From: an uncultured Pseudomonadales bacterium
GTDB taxonomy: Bacteria; Patescibacteriota; Microgenomatia; UBA1400; PJMF01
DNA length: 56,051 nt
Assembly: GCA_964555515.1 (NCBI GenBank)
Contig: CAZKSJ010000003.1
Location: forward strand, 6,486-62,536
Direction: 5' to 3'
This document shows positions 26,931 through 38,300 of the stretch, in pieces. The notes under the pieces were generated by a model. It made no database searches and had not been told where the DNA came from. It saw only the letters and a program-made list of their open reading frames with translations. A program made the translations under genes and the position numbers. The stretch's first letter is position 1; the number at the start of each line of letters is the position of its first letter.

Positions 26931-29900
26931 ATGGTTAATCGTTGCAAGCGATTATTTTTATTCCGATTTTTTAAACCGGCCGCTTGGGTTGTAATCTTTG
27001 GCGTGGTTATTTTTTGGTTTCTCATCACTGTAGTTCCCACGAAAGCTGCTACTGGCATCAACAAACAGATTAATTTTCAGGGGAAAGTTGTCAACTCAGA
27101 TGGCACCAATGTCACCGATGGTAACTATGATTTTGAGTTTAAGCTCTATGATGTTGATTCCGGTGGCACTGCTATCTGGACAGAAACCAGAACGACCACC
27201 AATCAGGTGTCAGTTCAAGATGGCATCTTTAGAGTTGCCTTGGGCGAAGTCCAAGCCTTGCCGGGATCGGTTAACTTTAACACTGATAATATTTATTTGT
27301 CGATCAACTTTAATAACGATGGTGAAATGGATCCGCGGGTGCGATTTACTGCTGTACCATACGCTTTTAATGCTGAAAAAGTGGCCGGCCTGACTGTGAC
27401 AAATACTACGGGTACATTGACTATCCCAGCCGCCACGATTGCTTTCAGCGGTGCCAATGACGTGACGTTGACTAGCACTGGCACCACAACTCTGACTTTG
27501 CCGACGACTGGCACTTTGGCTACCCTCGCGGGCACGGAAACTTTTTTAAACAAAACGATTGATAGCACTGGTTTAGCGGTGGAAAGTACTGGTTGGATTG
27601 GTCTTGGTGCGTCTGATGGAAGGATTGTCTTTACCAGTGACACGGTAGATCAACTCGCTTTAATGTCGGCCAATGTGGGAATCGGCACGACGACTACGCC
27701 ACGCTTGTTAACTGTGGAGGGGGCGGTTAGATTGAACTCCACTTCTACACCTGGTAGTCCGGCTCTCGGCGATCTATATACCAACGCCGACGGCAATCTA
27801 TATTTCTACAATGGTTCAACTTGGGATGACTTGACCGGTGGGGGAGCGAGCTACTTCTCAAAGACAGGCACCAACCTTTACCCCACCACGGCCGGTGACG
27901 ATCTCTACCTGGCCTCTAACGAGCTGTTGGGTGTAGGTTATGATCCAACCACTCTATCAAATGCCGTAGCTGCCTTTAGTGGCAATGTGGGAATTGGCAC
28001 CTCCACTGCAGCTAGATTATTGACTGTCGCGGGAGCTGTGAGATTAAGTTCTACTTCGACACCCAGTTCACCAGTTTTGGGTGATGTCTACACCAACGCC
28101 GACGGCAATCTATATTTCTACAATGGTTCAACTTGGGATGACTTGACCGGTGGGGGAGCAAGTTATTTTTCAAAAAGCGGCACCAATCTTTATCCTACCA
28201 CGGCCGGTGACGATCTCTACCTGGCCTCTAACGAGTTATTAGGTGTGGGCTATGATCCGTCAACATTTTCTGGGGCAATTGCGGCCTTTAGCGGTAATGT
28301 GGGGATTGGTACCTCCACGATTGATTCTAAGTTAGAAGTAGTCAGTGGTGATACCACCCGTGTGTTGCAGCTGATTGGTGACTCGGTGACCACCGGTGAG
28401 GTGATTGATATTAGCGCTGATGGGTTGACTACCGGCTTTGCGATGAATGTCAGTTCTGTGTCCAATAGCTTATCCACGGGGGGTTTGATAGATTTGGATT
28501 GGACCCCATCTGCGGTTGCGACGTCTTCTGGTGATTTGTTTCGGATTAATCTGGGTGCCCACGCCGATACCACAGGTAGATTATTGGGTATCTACGACAG
28601 CGGTTCGAGTATTTTCTTGGTTGGCACTGCCAAAATCACCAGCGCGATTCCTCATGAATTCACGGCGGCGGGTGATGTGAGTATGGCTTATGACTTGGTG
28701 TTGACTAATCAAACCGCTAGCCTGATTGAGGCCTATGGCCCGCTGACGATTCGTTCTGGCGAAGCTTTTGAAAATCTTGATCTTACGCTTGACCCTTCTG
28801 GAACAGGTGCCGTGGTAATTGCTGATGGCGCCAACGTCTCACTCTATGCAGATCAGCAGATAATATTTGACGTGGATGACAGCGCCGACAGCTATATGCA
28901 GTTTGACAGCACTAATAATCGCCTGGAAATTTTCACTGATGCTAGCGAGCGGTTCCGCTTCACTGCTTCGGGACAAAATGAATCGAACGGTGCTCTGACC
29001 ACCACTTTATCTGACTTGGCTGAAAACTATCCTACCCTTAATGCAGCCCTTAACCCAGGTGAAGTGGTGATGATTGTCGAACCAGACGAAAATGCACCAG
29101 CTTCCACCTTGGTGGATATCGCCGATAGTGCACACCGCGATCAAATCATTGGGGTGGTTTCTAGCAGGCCAGGCATTATTTTGGGAGGCAGTAGTTTTCT
29201 TGATGACATTTGTACCGCTGTGACCAGCAGTGAGTCTGGCAAAATAGAGCAAAGGCTTAAGCTTTTACAAGAAGAATACTGGCGGATGGTTTTGATTGAA
29301 CAAGAGGAAATTGATCAGGAGCAATCGGATCAGGAGAAACTGGAACAAGAGGGAGTCGAAGAGGCGCAAGCTGATGTAACAGAAGCGCTGCCCGCCTCGG
29401 GCAGCGCGAGCTTAGCCACGGTCGACAATCGATCGATATTGGAAGAAATGAGCATCTCTGAGTTGGAAGCACTGCTCCCTCCCACCACCCTGCAAACAAT
29501 TGATGACCGGTTGGACAGCTGTTTGGCAGTCAAGCAGGTGCCGATTGCTTTGGCAGGCAGGGTGCCGGTGTTATTTGACCCAGCCTATGGACAGGTTAAA
29601 CCAGGTGATTTGTTAGCTATTTCACCTTCAAAACCTGGGGCAGTGGCCAAGGCTACAACGGCTGGCTGGATTATCGGCCGAGTGCTGGTTCCATCTAGCC
29701 CCAATGTGGAAACAGTGATGATGTTTGTCAATGTGAGTTGGTATGGGGGAGAAAGCACAAGTGTCTCCTTGGGGCAAGTCTTGGGTGACAGTGATGTGCA
29801 ACTAGATTCTGAACTAACCGATTTGTTATCTGTCAGCACGGTCAACGGTCAACCAGTGGTAGTCAACTCAGCCAACATGAGCGTGTTTGGGATGCTGACA

Positions 29901-30317
29901 GCGCAAACCGTGGCTGCTACGGACAAAATGATGGCTGGTATGCTCAGCATTGGTGGCACAGAGAATGAGATTACCACCGTTAATGGTTCACCCTTAAAAT
30001 TACAAAATGGCTATAATGCCGGCAACATTGAAATTTTCAATCGCAAGTTAGTTTTAACCGCTGGCGGTGGGGTGATCGCCGAAGATCAAATTGCCGCCAA
30101 GCGCTTTGCCGCCAGTGATCAAGCGCGAGGGAGTGTTTACGCCACCGCCACTTCCATTAGGGTTGATAAAGATTGGAAAGTAGCGCCAGCTACAATTAAT
30201 TTGACACCAGAATATCGGGCTGATGTGTGGGTGAGCGATATTTCTGAAACTGGTTTTGTGATCAATGTCGATCCAGTCTCATCTGGTAAGAAAATTTATT
30301 GGTGGGCGGTGTGGTAA
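26931..30317 (+). CDS. Large trimeric fibre-like adhesin with autoproteolytic chaperone-like (DLAENY) domain
   Basis: Signal peptide; INFQGKV...FKLYD...VPYAFNA N-terminal module; NVGIGT repeats; DLAENY...GVVS..P...IALAGRVPV...PGDLL. Confidence 0.8.
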   Translation: MVNRCKRLFLFRFFKPAAWVVIFGVVIFWFLITVVPTKAATGINKQINFQGKVVNSDGTNVTDGNYDFEFKLYDVDSGGTAIWTETRTTTNQVSVQDGIFRVALGEVQALPGSVNFNTDNIYLSINFNNDGEMDPRVRFTAVPYAFNAEKVAGLTVTNTTGTLTIPAATIAFSGANDVTLTSTGTTTLTLPTTGTLATLAGTETFLNKTIDSTGLAVESTGWIGLGASDGRIVFTSDTVDQLALMSANVGIGTTTTPRLLTVEGAVRLNSTSTPGSPALGDLYTNADGNLYFYNGSTWDDLTGGGASYFSKTGTNLYPTTAGDDLYLASNELLGVGYDPTTLSNAVAAFSGNVGIGTSTAARLLTVAGAVRLSSTSTPSSPVLGDVYTNADGNLYFYNGSTWDDLTGGGASYFSKSGTNLYPTTAGDDLYLASNELLGVGYDPSTFSGAIAAFSGNVGIGTSTIDSKLEVVSGDTTRVLQLIGDSVTTGEVIDISADGLTTGFAMNVSSVSNSLSTGGLIDLDWTPSAVATSSGDLFRINLGAHADTTGRLLGIYDSGSSIFLVGTAKITSAIPHEFTAAGDVSMAYDLVLTNQTASLIEAYGPLTIRSGEAFENLDLTLDPSGTGAVVIADGANVSLYADQQIIFDVDDSADSYMQFDSTNNRLEIFTDASERFRFTASGQNESNGALTTTLSDLAENYPTLNAALNPGEVVMIVEPDENAPASTLVDIADSAHRDQIIGVVSSRPGIILGGSSFLDDICTAVTSSESGKIEQRLKLLQEEYWRMVLIEQEEIDQEQSDQEKLEQEGVEEAQADVTEALPASGSASLATVDNRSILEEMSISELEALLPPTTLQTIDDRLDSCLAVKQVPIALAGRVPVLFDPAYGQVKPGDLLAISPSKPGAVAKATTAGWIIGRVLVPSSPNVETVMMFVNVSWYGGESTSVSLGQVLGDSDVQLDSELTDLLSVSTVNGQPVVVNSANMSVFGMLTAQTVAATDKMMAGMLSIGGTENEITTVNGSPLKLQNGYNAGNIEIFNRKLVLTAGGGVIAEDQIAAKRFAASDQARGSVYATATSIRVDKDWKVAPATINLTPEYRADVWVSDISETGFVINVDPVSSGKKIYWWAVW
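27672..28295 (+). repeat. Intragenic tandem duplication, 2 x 312 bp (104 aa)
   Basis: NVGIGT codons begin at 27672, 27984 and 28296; 68-bp identical block at 27780-27847 and 28092-28159. Confidence 0.92.
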
Positions 30318-30382
30318 AAAGTTAGTGTGTGGCGGAGTTTTGTTCAGCTAGTAACATAATACACGATATTTGCAGTAGCTAG

Positions 30383-31315
30383 ATGAAAATATTTAGACAT
30401 AAAAGATTTGCCATTTGGTACAAAAGAAACTCAAGAAAAGTGAGCAGGTTTTGGGGTGATTTAAGATCAAATCGAAGACAGCAGCTTTTTGTAGGAGTAT
30501 TGTTGATTGCTTTATTAATAGGAGGATTCATATCCTATTTCTGGTGGCTGAAGTCTGATCATAATTACTCGAAAGGTGTTTTGGCTCTCAACACCGATCA
30601 GTCTTTCTACCTGTCCGGTGAAACAGTGCTTTTTCAAATGGCTTCCTTAGACAAAAACGGCGATACCTTGTGTAATAGCAATCTGCAGTTGGAAATTGCT
30701 GTGCCGAAACAATGGAAAAAGGATAAGCTGCTGTATCAAGACAAACAAATTGTGACCACTGCTACTTGCAGTCCAGACAATAACGTGACTAATGAACCAG
30801 ATTACATTGCCCGCTATGTAACGAGCCAACCAGGCAAATACAAACTTAAACTGACCAATCTTGACACTGGTAAACAAGTCACTTCTGAATTCCAAGTTTT
30901 CAACCCAGATGCTGCAATCAACAATGACCACCCAAGCAATCTTCAAATCTCCCGGAGTGGCGCCACCAGGATTAACCCCTTCAAATCAGACCGCTACCCG
31001 ATGATTATTAAAGTGACCGCGAAAAATGGTTTCAAAGGTAAGCTGGTCGAGCAAGTTCCTCTAGATTTTCAGCTGCAATGGATAGGCACTGCTCAAGTGA
31101 CGGAAAATAAAATGCATAAAATTTTAAGTTGGGAAGTAGATCTAAAGCCAGGTGAATCAAAAGATTTTGCGTATGAGTATGATGCTGCAGATGTGAGTCC
31201 CAACTTTGTTCGTTTTAGGAAAATAAAATTGTTGGATGATGTAAAAAAGCAGATTGTTATTGAGTCGCATCATTGGCAGGTTGTTTTAAATGCAATTGAT
31301 TTGGGGAATCACTAA
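30383..31315 (+). CDS. Membrane-anchored Ig/MG2-like domain protein
   Basis: Basic N-terminus plus TM; NTDQSFYLSGETV, PGKYKLKL, LSWEVDLKPGES...YEY. Confidence 0.7.
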   Translation: MKIFRHKRFAIWYKRNSRKVSRFWGDLRSNRRQQLFVGVLLIALLIGGFISYFWWLKSDHNYSKGVLALNTDQSFYLSGETVLFQMASLDKNGDTLCNSNLQLEIAVPKQWKKDKLLYQDKQIVTTATCSPDNNVTNEPDYIARYVTSQPGKYKLKLTNLDTGKQVTSEFQVFNPDAAINNDHPSNLQISRSGATRINPFKSDRYPMIIKVTAKNGFKGKLVEQVPLDFQLQWIGTAQVTENKMHKILSWEVDLKPGESKDFAYEYDAADVSPNFVRFRKIKLLDDVKKQIVIESHHWQVVLNAIDLGNH

Positions 31316-31350
31316 AGTATCAGCACCGACCTTAACTGGAATATCAACCA

Positions 31351-32373
31351 ATGAACAAGAAAAATACTACTAAAGAAATCAGCATTAACAATTCGGCAAC
31401 AGAACAATATTCCCGCAAGTTTTTAGTGGTTTTACTGGTAATTATCATCCTAATTGTTACTAACGTGACAACACTTTTTTTCTACACTAATCATCGTCAC
31501 TCTATTAAAGATGTTGATAATCACTACTCCTATATTGATATTTCCCGTGAATTTATCAGTAAGGAAAACTTTATTGTCAATATCCAGCCACTGCGGGATA
31601 AGTTAAATATATTGACAGATGATTTTGAAAAAGAACATCAGGCCGCTGTTTCCATTTATATTGAATACTTAAATACAGGATCCAATATATCCATACACCC
31701 AGATAACTACCTCTGGCCGGCGAGTCTGGCCAAAGTACCCCTAGCCATGGCGGTCATGAAAAAGATTGAAGATGGGGAATGGAATCTGAACAACAAATTG
31801 GTGTTGATGGAGGGAGATGCCAACAGCGAATCGGGTGATGCAGAGAATCCCCTCTCTGAATATCCGATCGGCACAAGTTTTACTATAGAAGAGTTATTGC
31901 AGGAATTACTCATCAATTCTGACAATACGGCATACTACATCTTGCAACGCAACATGCATGACGATGAAATTATGAAAGTTATTGATGAGATTGGGCTAGA
32001 GGAACTTTTTACTGAGGAAGGGCGGGTCTCAGCCAAAGAATACTCTAGATTATTCAGAGCTTTGTACTCATCCAGTTTCATAAAGCGCGAATATTCTCAA
32101 CAGTTGCTTAAATGGCTGGATGACTCTTCATTTAACGAATTTCTTTCATATGGTATTGAAGCGCAAGTTCCTTTTCCTCATAAGTATGGTGAAAAAACAA
32201 CTTTAAACGTCTACGCGGATGCGGGCATTGTATATATTCCACAGCGACCGTACCTAATCACAGTCATGGTTGAATTAAATCCAAAATTGCCGTCTCTTGA
32301 GGAAAAACAAAAAGCAGCAACATTTATGAGAAGCATATCAGACGAGACCTATAAATATTTCTCTGAATATTAA
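31351..32373 (+). CDS. Class A beta-lactamase-like serine hydrolase, membrane anchored
   Basis: SxxK (ASLAK), SDN, HKYG (KTG variant), DAGIVY..PY; N-terminal TM. Confidence 0.85.
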   Translation: MNKKNTTKEISINNSATEQYSRKFLVVLLVIIILIVTNVTTLFFYTNHRHSIKDVDNHYSYIDISREFISKENFIVNIQPLRDKLNILTDDFEKEHQAAVSIYIEYLNTGSNISIHPDNYLWPASLAKVPLAMAVMKKIEDGEWNLNNKLVLMEGDANSESGDAENPLSEYPIGTSFTIEELLQELLINSDNTAYYILQRNMHDDEIMKVIDEIGLEELFTEEGRVSAKEYSRLFRALYSSSFIKREYSQQLLKWLDDSSFNEFLSYGIEAQVPFPHKYGEKTTLNVYADAGIVYIPQRPYLITVMVELNPKLPSLEEKQKAATFMRSISDETYKYFSEY

Positions 32374-32378
32374 ACAAC

Positions 32379-35300
32379 ATGCGCAAAATGACAAAAATTT
32401 TCAATGTATTGTTTCTCACTTTGTTGCTTGTTATTTCCAATGTACCGTATGGTTTTTTTGATTATTTGACAAACCAGTGGTCAAGTAGAGGGATAGTGGA
32501 TGAATTGTGGCTGTCACAACACGATTCGTCAGTTATAGATTCTTTCATGCCTCGGCAAGTTGATGCAGCCGAGGCAAGCATTGATACCACTGCTGGTTCA
32601 ACAGTGGATTATCACCAGGGATCGGGAAAAAATATCGTCTGCGTGGATGACACTGATTGTTATGTATTTTATGTCAACTCTGATAGCGATTTGGAGTATC
32701 AGCGATCTACCAACGGTGGAGCAAGCTGGGGTGGTACAAGCACCCAAATGCAAGCCGACACAATCCTAGGCATATCTGTGTGGTATGACCAGTGGACGCC
32801 AGGAGATACCAGCGGAACCTTGGTACATATTGCTTATATTGATGGTAGCCCAGACGTGATTTACTACGCGTATTTTAATACTGCCAACCAAACTTTTAGC
32901 GCACCAGATGCAACGGTGATAAGCACAACCTATCCGCAAGGTACTCTCGCTGCTGCTAACATGGTGACAATTACCAAGGCAATTGGGGGAGACTTATTTA
33001 TTGGCACGGTAGACGCTACAGCTCCTACCAGCCCAGCCTCGTTTATCCATAAGTGCAACGGCACGTGCACTACCGATTCCAACTGGACATCAACATCCTT
33101 ACCAAATCCATGGACTAATACTGGGAGTAATGTAGACAATAATCATGCACTTTTAATGCTTCCGCTTTCTGATACTACCCTGCATGACGCTGGTGATGTA
33201 ATGCTTGTTTCACACGACATTGCTGCTCACGTTGTTGAGTACAAGTATTATGATGACTCGGCCAACAGTTGGTCAGGAGACTTTACTAGCCTAGGCAGTT
33301 CTACAGACTCAACCACCTATGATGCTGCTTTAGGTGGTACGGTCAATCCCAACACCGGAGAGTTATACATCACTTATGTTTATAACCCCGGTACCGCCAA
33401 TACAAGCGAAGTCCTTGCCTGGAAGTATCACGATGCTGATGGGGCAGGCGCGGGTAACGATGCTTGGTCACAATTGACCGATCCATGGGACAACTCAACG
33501 GATGCTGCGTCAATTATTATCGATACCAACATTGGCATAGATACAAACACAGACGATTTGTATGTAGCCTACATTCGCGCCGATTCAACAGCCACTGCCA
33601 ATGATGTCTATTATCGTGTTTCAACCAATGATGGATCAAGCTGGGGCACAGAAACGTTGCTTTCAAGCGGTACAGACAGGACGCACATTGCTATCAGTCT
33701 GGACGCGTCTTCACCTGAGAGATTGTACGGTGTCTGGTTTGCCTCCAGCGCGATGTATGGCAATTTGATCGCAGATCTTTCGGCTGGCATCACCATTACA
33801 GGTACGTTTCATGGCACAAGTGAATCGGGAGGTGATCCGGGTCAGTGTGATGGTGCTACAGAAAATCTCTCGTTACGGGTAGACGGTGGCACCGCAGTCA
33901 CAACTACCTGCGCTGACACAACTGGAACATTTAGTTTTACGGGAATTTCTGCAGGTCAAGGTGATACCATCACTATTTATTCTACCGGTGCAGATAAAGC
34001 AAACCGCGTGTATGTATCTGACGGGACAGATGATAGTGGTATGGATATTTATGAAGACCGGGTGGCCATAGGTGATGAAAACGATGGGACGGTGACCAAT
34101 GCAGATCTAGCTGATTATGACAATGGCGGCGTTGAAGGCACGAATGATATGCTTTTTGACGTTGATGGATCGAATAACTTAACTGTTGATTCTGGCAAAG
34201 AACTACATATTCATACAGGTGATACCTTCTCGCCTGGCAGCAATGTGACCACGCCAAAATTGCACGTCACCACGAGCGCGACCTACTCAGGCAGTTCTGA
34301 GACATTGACCTTAACTGGATCGGGAACTACAACGGATAGGCCTCTCTACATTGATGGGGGTACTTTTACCGCACCGGCCACTACAGTTTTTCAAGGTACT
34401 AGTGCCACTGACATTGAATCAACTACGTTCAACGCACTGACTTTTTCGCCGACGATCACCGGATCGGTAACTTATACGTTCTTAGGGGCAGAAACAATTA
34501 ATGGCAACTTTACTATTAATCCAACCGCGGCTTCAACACAGCTGTTGACAGTCAATGCAGGCGGCACAATTACTGTGGGTGCTTCGTACACCACCACTCT
34601 TTCTGGTACCACGTCCGGCACGTCTACACTTGATTTAAGACCGTCTGCTGCAGATTACAATCTTTCATCGGGATTGATTAACATCGGTGCGGCGGGCACG
34701 CTTGATGCTAGTTCTACCACCACATCTACCATTACCCTAACAGGTACATCAGGGACACTCTTTACACGGTCTGGGGTTTTTACCGCCGGTGGCTCAACAA
34801 TCATCTTCAATGGCGATGGTTCACCAACTGCCTTGACCTCAGGCACCTTCCAGACGACCAATGCATTTAATAATTTAACGCTGACACCAGCAATTTCATC
34901 TGCTGGTAGAACGTATGCGTTTGGTTCTGGAGCAATTGCCGTTGGGGGAGATTTGACTATCCAGCCTTCTGGTACCCAGCTTTTAACCGTTAATATGGCT
35001 GGTGACATTACGGTAACTGACACGCTTTCAATCACCCGCTCAAATACAGCCACGTCTAAACTAGTAACCGGGGCAAGCAACCCTGCTTTATCCGCCGGAG
35101 ATATCAATGTCGCAACTGGCGGAACGCTTGATGGGACAGGTTCTACTTCAACCATTACACTGACTGAAAACGGTACACCGCTGGTCATTGGTGGCACTTA
35201 TACACCTGGTAATACCACCATTGCCTATGTGCCAGCAGGAACGAGTGGAGTGACGGTTACTAATTCCACTTATTATAACGTCACATTCAACAAAGCCAGC

Positions 35301-38300
35301 AATACATTCTCACTAACCACCGGTGGCATCACGGTGAGTAATGATTTGACGATCATCGCCGGCGTGCTAGACGCAGTTTCCGGTTCTAATTACCCCATTA
35401 CAGTTGGTCGCAACTGGACTAACACACCTGGTACAGGTGGATTCTTGCCTCAAAATGGTACCGTCACCTTTAATACCACTACCACAGCAGAAATTACTGG
35501 CGCGACCAATTTCTATAACTTTACTGCTGCCACAGCCGGCAAGACTCTCAAATTTGGTGATGCCACTACCTTTACTATTAATGGCTTGTTTACCCTTACC
35601 GGCGCTGCTGGTCCGAGTTACGTTACTCTAGATTCAGTCAGTGGTGGGACATCTCAATGGACAATCAATCATCAGGGTACTGAAAGCATCACTTATGCTA
35701 GTGTCAAAAACAGTGCTTGTGATGGCTCTTCTACCCAAATTGACGCCAGCGATGTGTCCAACTATGACGCTGGTAATAATGGCACCTGTTGGTTGTTCCC
35801 AAGCTTAACGCCTTCTGCAGTTGATTTTTCCATGTGGAAGTTTGATGAAGGTTATGGTGATACTGCTTATGACAGCGACGCAAGTGCATTTAATGGTACT
35901 CTATCTGGTACCACCAAACCAACCTGGCAAACGGAGGATCTGTGTGTGTTTGAAAAATGTCTTTATTTTGAAGGCTCTACCGCGTATGTAGATGTGGGTG
36001 ACGTGGATACTGTCAAGACCGTTTCATTTTGGGCGCGCCCCATTTCTACTACCACCTCATTTGTCCAGCTGTCTACATCTGCCTACATCAGCGCGTCTTC
36101 TGGCACACTTTCAGCAACAGGTTTTACTGAGCCCACATTTTACGTCAACGGCCAGCCCAGCAAGACGATTGTGGCCAACAGGTGGCAGCATATTGTGGTG
36201 ACGACTTCGACCGGCGTGACTGCCGATGCCGTCCAATTTGGCAAACAAAACTCGTCTTACTTTACTGGTTTCCTGGATGAAGTGAAGCTCATGGCAGATA
36301 CTTATTCTGCAGCAGAAGTGAGAGGCGATTACACTGCCAATGGCGCGCAAGGGCCAGTCAGCGCTTCATTTGGAGGTGGCGGGGGAGGCAACAACGCTTG
36401 GTTGAGTGATGGATTGGTAGGGTATTGGCAGATGGATCAAGAGATTGTTTCGGCAGGTTATCCTGAGGTGGCCAGTAAAGGCACAACTTACAATTCTGCA
36501 TCTGATACAACGGATCATGTGGTGGATCTACCAGATTCTATTAGCGCAGGTGATTTACTCATGATATTTGTTGCTGCCGATGGCAATGCCAGCTGGACTT
36601 GGCCGGGAGATTGGGATGTGATTATTGATACAGATAGTGGGGGCTCGAGTCATATTGAAGTGGGATATAAGACTGCCACGGGGTCTGATGGGACATCGAT
36701 TACTATTACTTCTTCTTCCGCTGAATCTGCAACTGCCTTTTCGTGGCGAATTACTGGTTGGGACGGCACCACACCACCAGAGGGGACGACTTACGTTGCT
36801 CCTGCCTTAGGTGACAATCCAGATCCGCCAAGTCATACAGCTAGCTGGGGAAGTGATAACAATCTGTGGATTGCATTTTCTGGTACCAATGGTGGCAAGG
36901 ATGGCACTTCTGTTTATCCTTATCCAGACAATAACGAAAATGCAGAAAACTCAACTAGTGGAGGTAACATTGCTAGTGATGAGGTAACTACGGCCACACA
37001 AAACCCAGGAACCTTTACAGAGACTTATATTAATTATTGGGTTGCTGCAACCATAGTGATCCGGCCTGAGTCCTCGAGTACGATTACGGATTTTTCTGGT
37101 AATAACATTACTTTAAACAATAATGGGGGAGTGACATCTGTGACAGGAAAATTTGGTAATGGTTCAGAGTATGTGCCTGCCTCTACGCAGTATTTGTCTA
37201 CTACTACTGAGATCAATGACGTAAAATCCATCTCCTTTTGGGTGAATCCAGACTCAACAACCAACTACTATTTGGCTCTTACCTCCAGCGCCTATATAAC
37301 ATCTTCGGGCGGCCAATTTGCATTGACTGGTTTTGGAGGTGCAGATATCTATGTTAATGGCAAACCTTCCACAACTATTGAGGCAAGCAATTGGTCACTG
37401 GTGACTATCACCTCACTAACTAGTATCAATGCGAACCAGTTTTACTTGGGTCGTCAGGACACCAATTATTTTGACGGCACGATGGACGAAGTCCGCTTAT
37501 ATAACCGAGTACTTTCTCCAGCAGAAGTGGCGGCGCTGTATGAACACGCGCCAGGGCCAGTGGCACACTGGAAGATGGACGAGAATGTTGGTAGTTATGC
37601 CTATGATAGTTCGACCAACAATCTGACCGCCACGCTTACTAATGCTGGTTGGAATTTGGGTAAATTTGGCAGCGGAGTAAAAACAACAGATGCTAATTCC
37701 GTGCAAGAATATGTGTCATTACTTGATCAAAATACGCTTGATTTTACCAATGCTCAAAATTACTCCTTGAGTGGGTGGGTAAAAGTTGAATCTCAAGAAA
37801 ATACCGTGGCAATTTTGATGAATAAAGGCGGGACTAGCACATCAACTGCTGGTTACGATATGTATGTGTCAACTAATTATCGATGTGGTTACACAGATGG
37901 AGATGGATCAGGTGTTGATTATGCAGAAAGTTCAGTGGCTGCAGATAGTAATTGGCATCATGTTTCTTGCGTGATGGATAGAGATGGAGTTGCAACTGGC
38001 ATCGTTGGTCTGCACATCTTTGTGGATGGAGTGCTATCAGGATCAGATACTACTCTAACTGAAGGAGATGGTGGCACTGGTAATAGCAGTAGTTTTGTAA
38101 TTGGTGAACATAGTACTACCTACGAATATACGAGTAGTATCGATGATGTGAAAATATACAACTACGCCCGGACGCCAAAACAAATCATTCAGGACATGAA
38201 TGGTGGGCATCCGGCGGTGGGCAGCCCGGTGGGTTCACCCGTTGGCTATTGGAAGTTTGATGAGGGGTCGCTGAACATGTGTTCTGGTGGGAGCAATGAT

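Noticed and set aside
27672-28319. CRISPR array or other non-coding repeat array
   Set aside because: Repeats are in-frame coding duplications; no short repeat-spacer periodicity seen anywhere in the window
31351-32373. Bona fide antibiotic-resistance beta-lactamase
   Set aside because: HKYG instead of KTG, no recognisable omega-loop ExxLN, and a membrane anchor; family membership does not establish resistance
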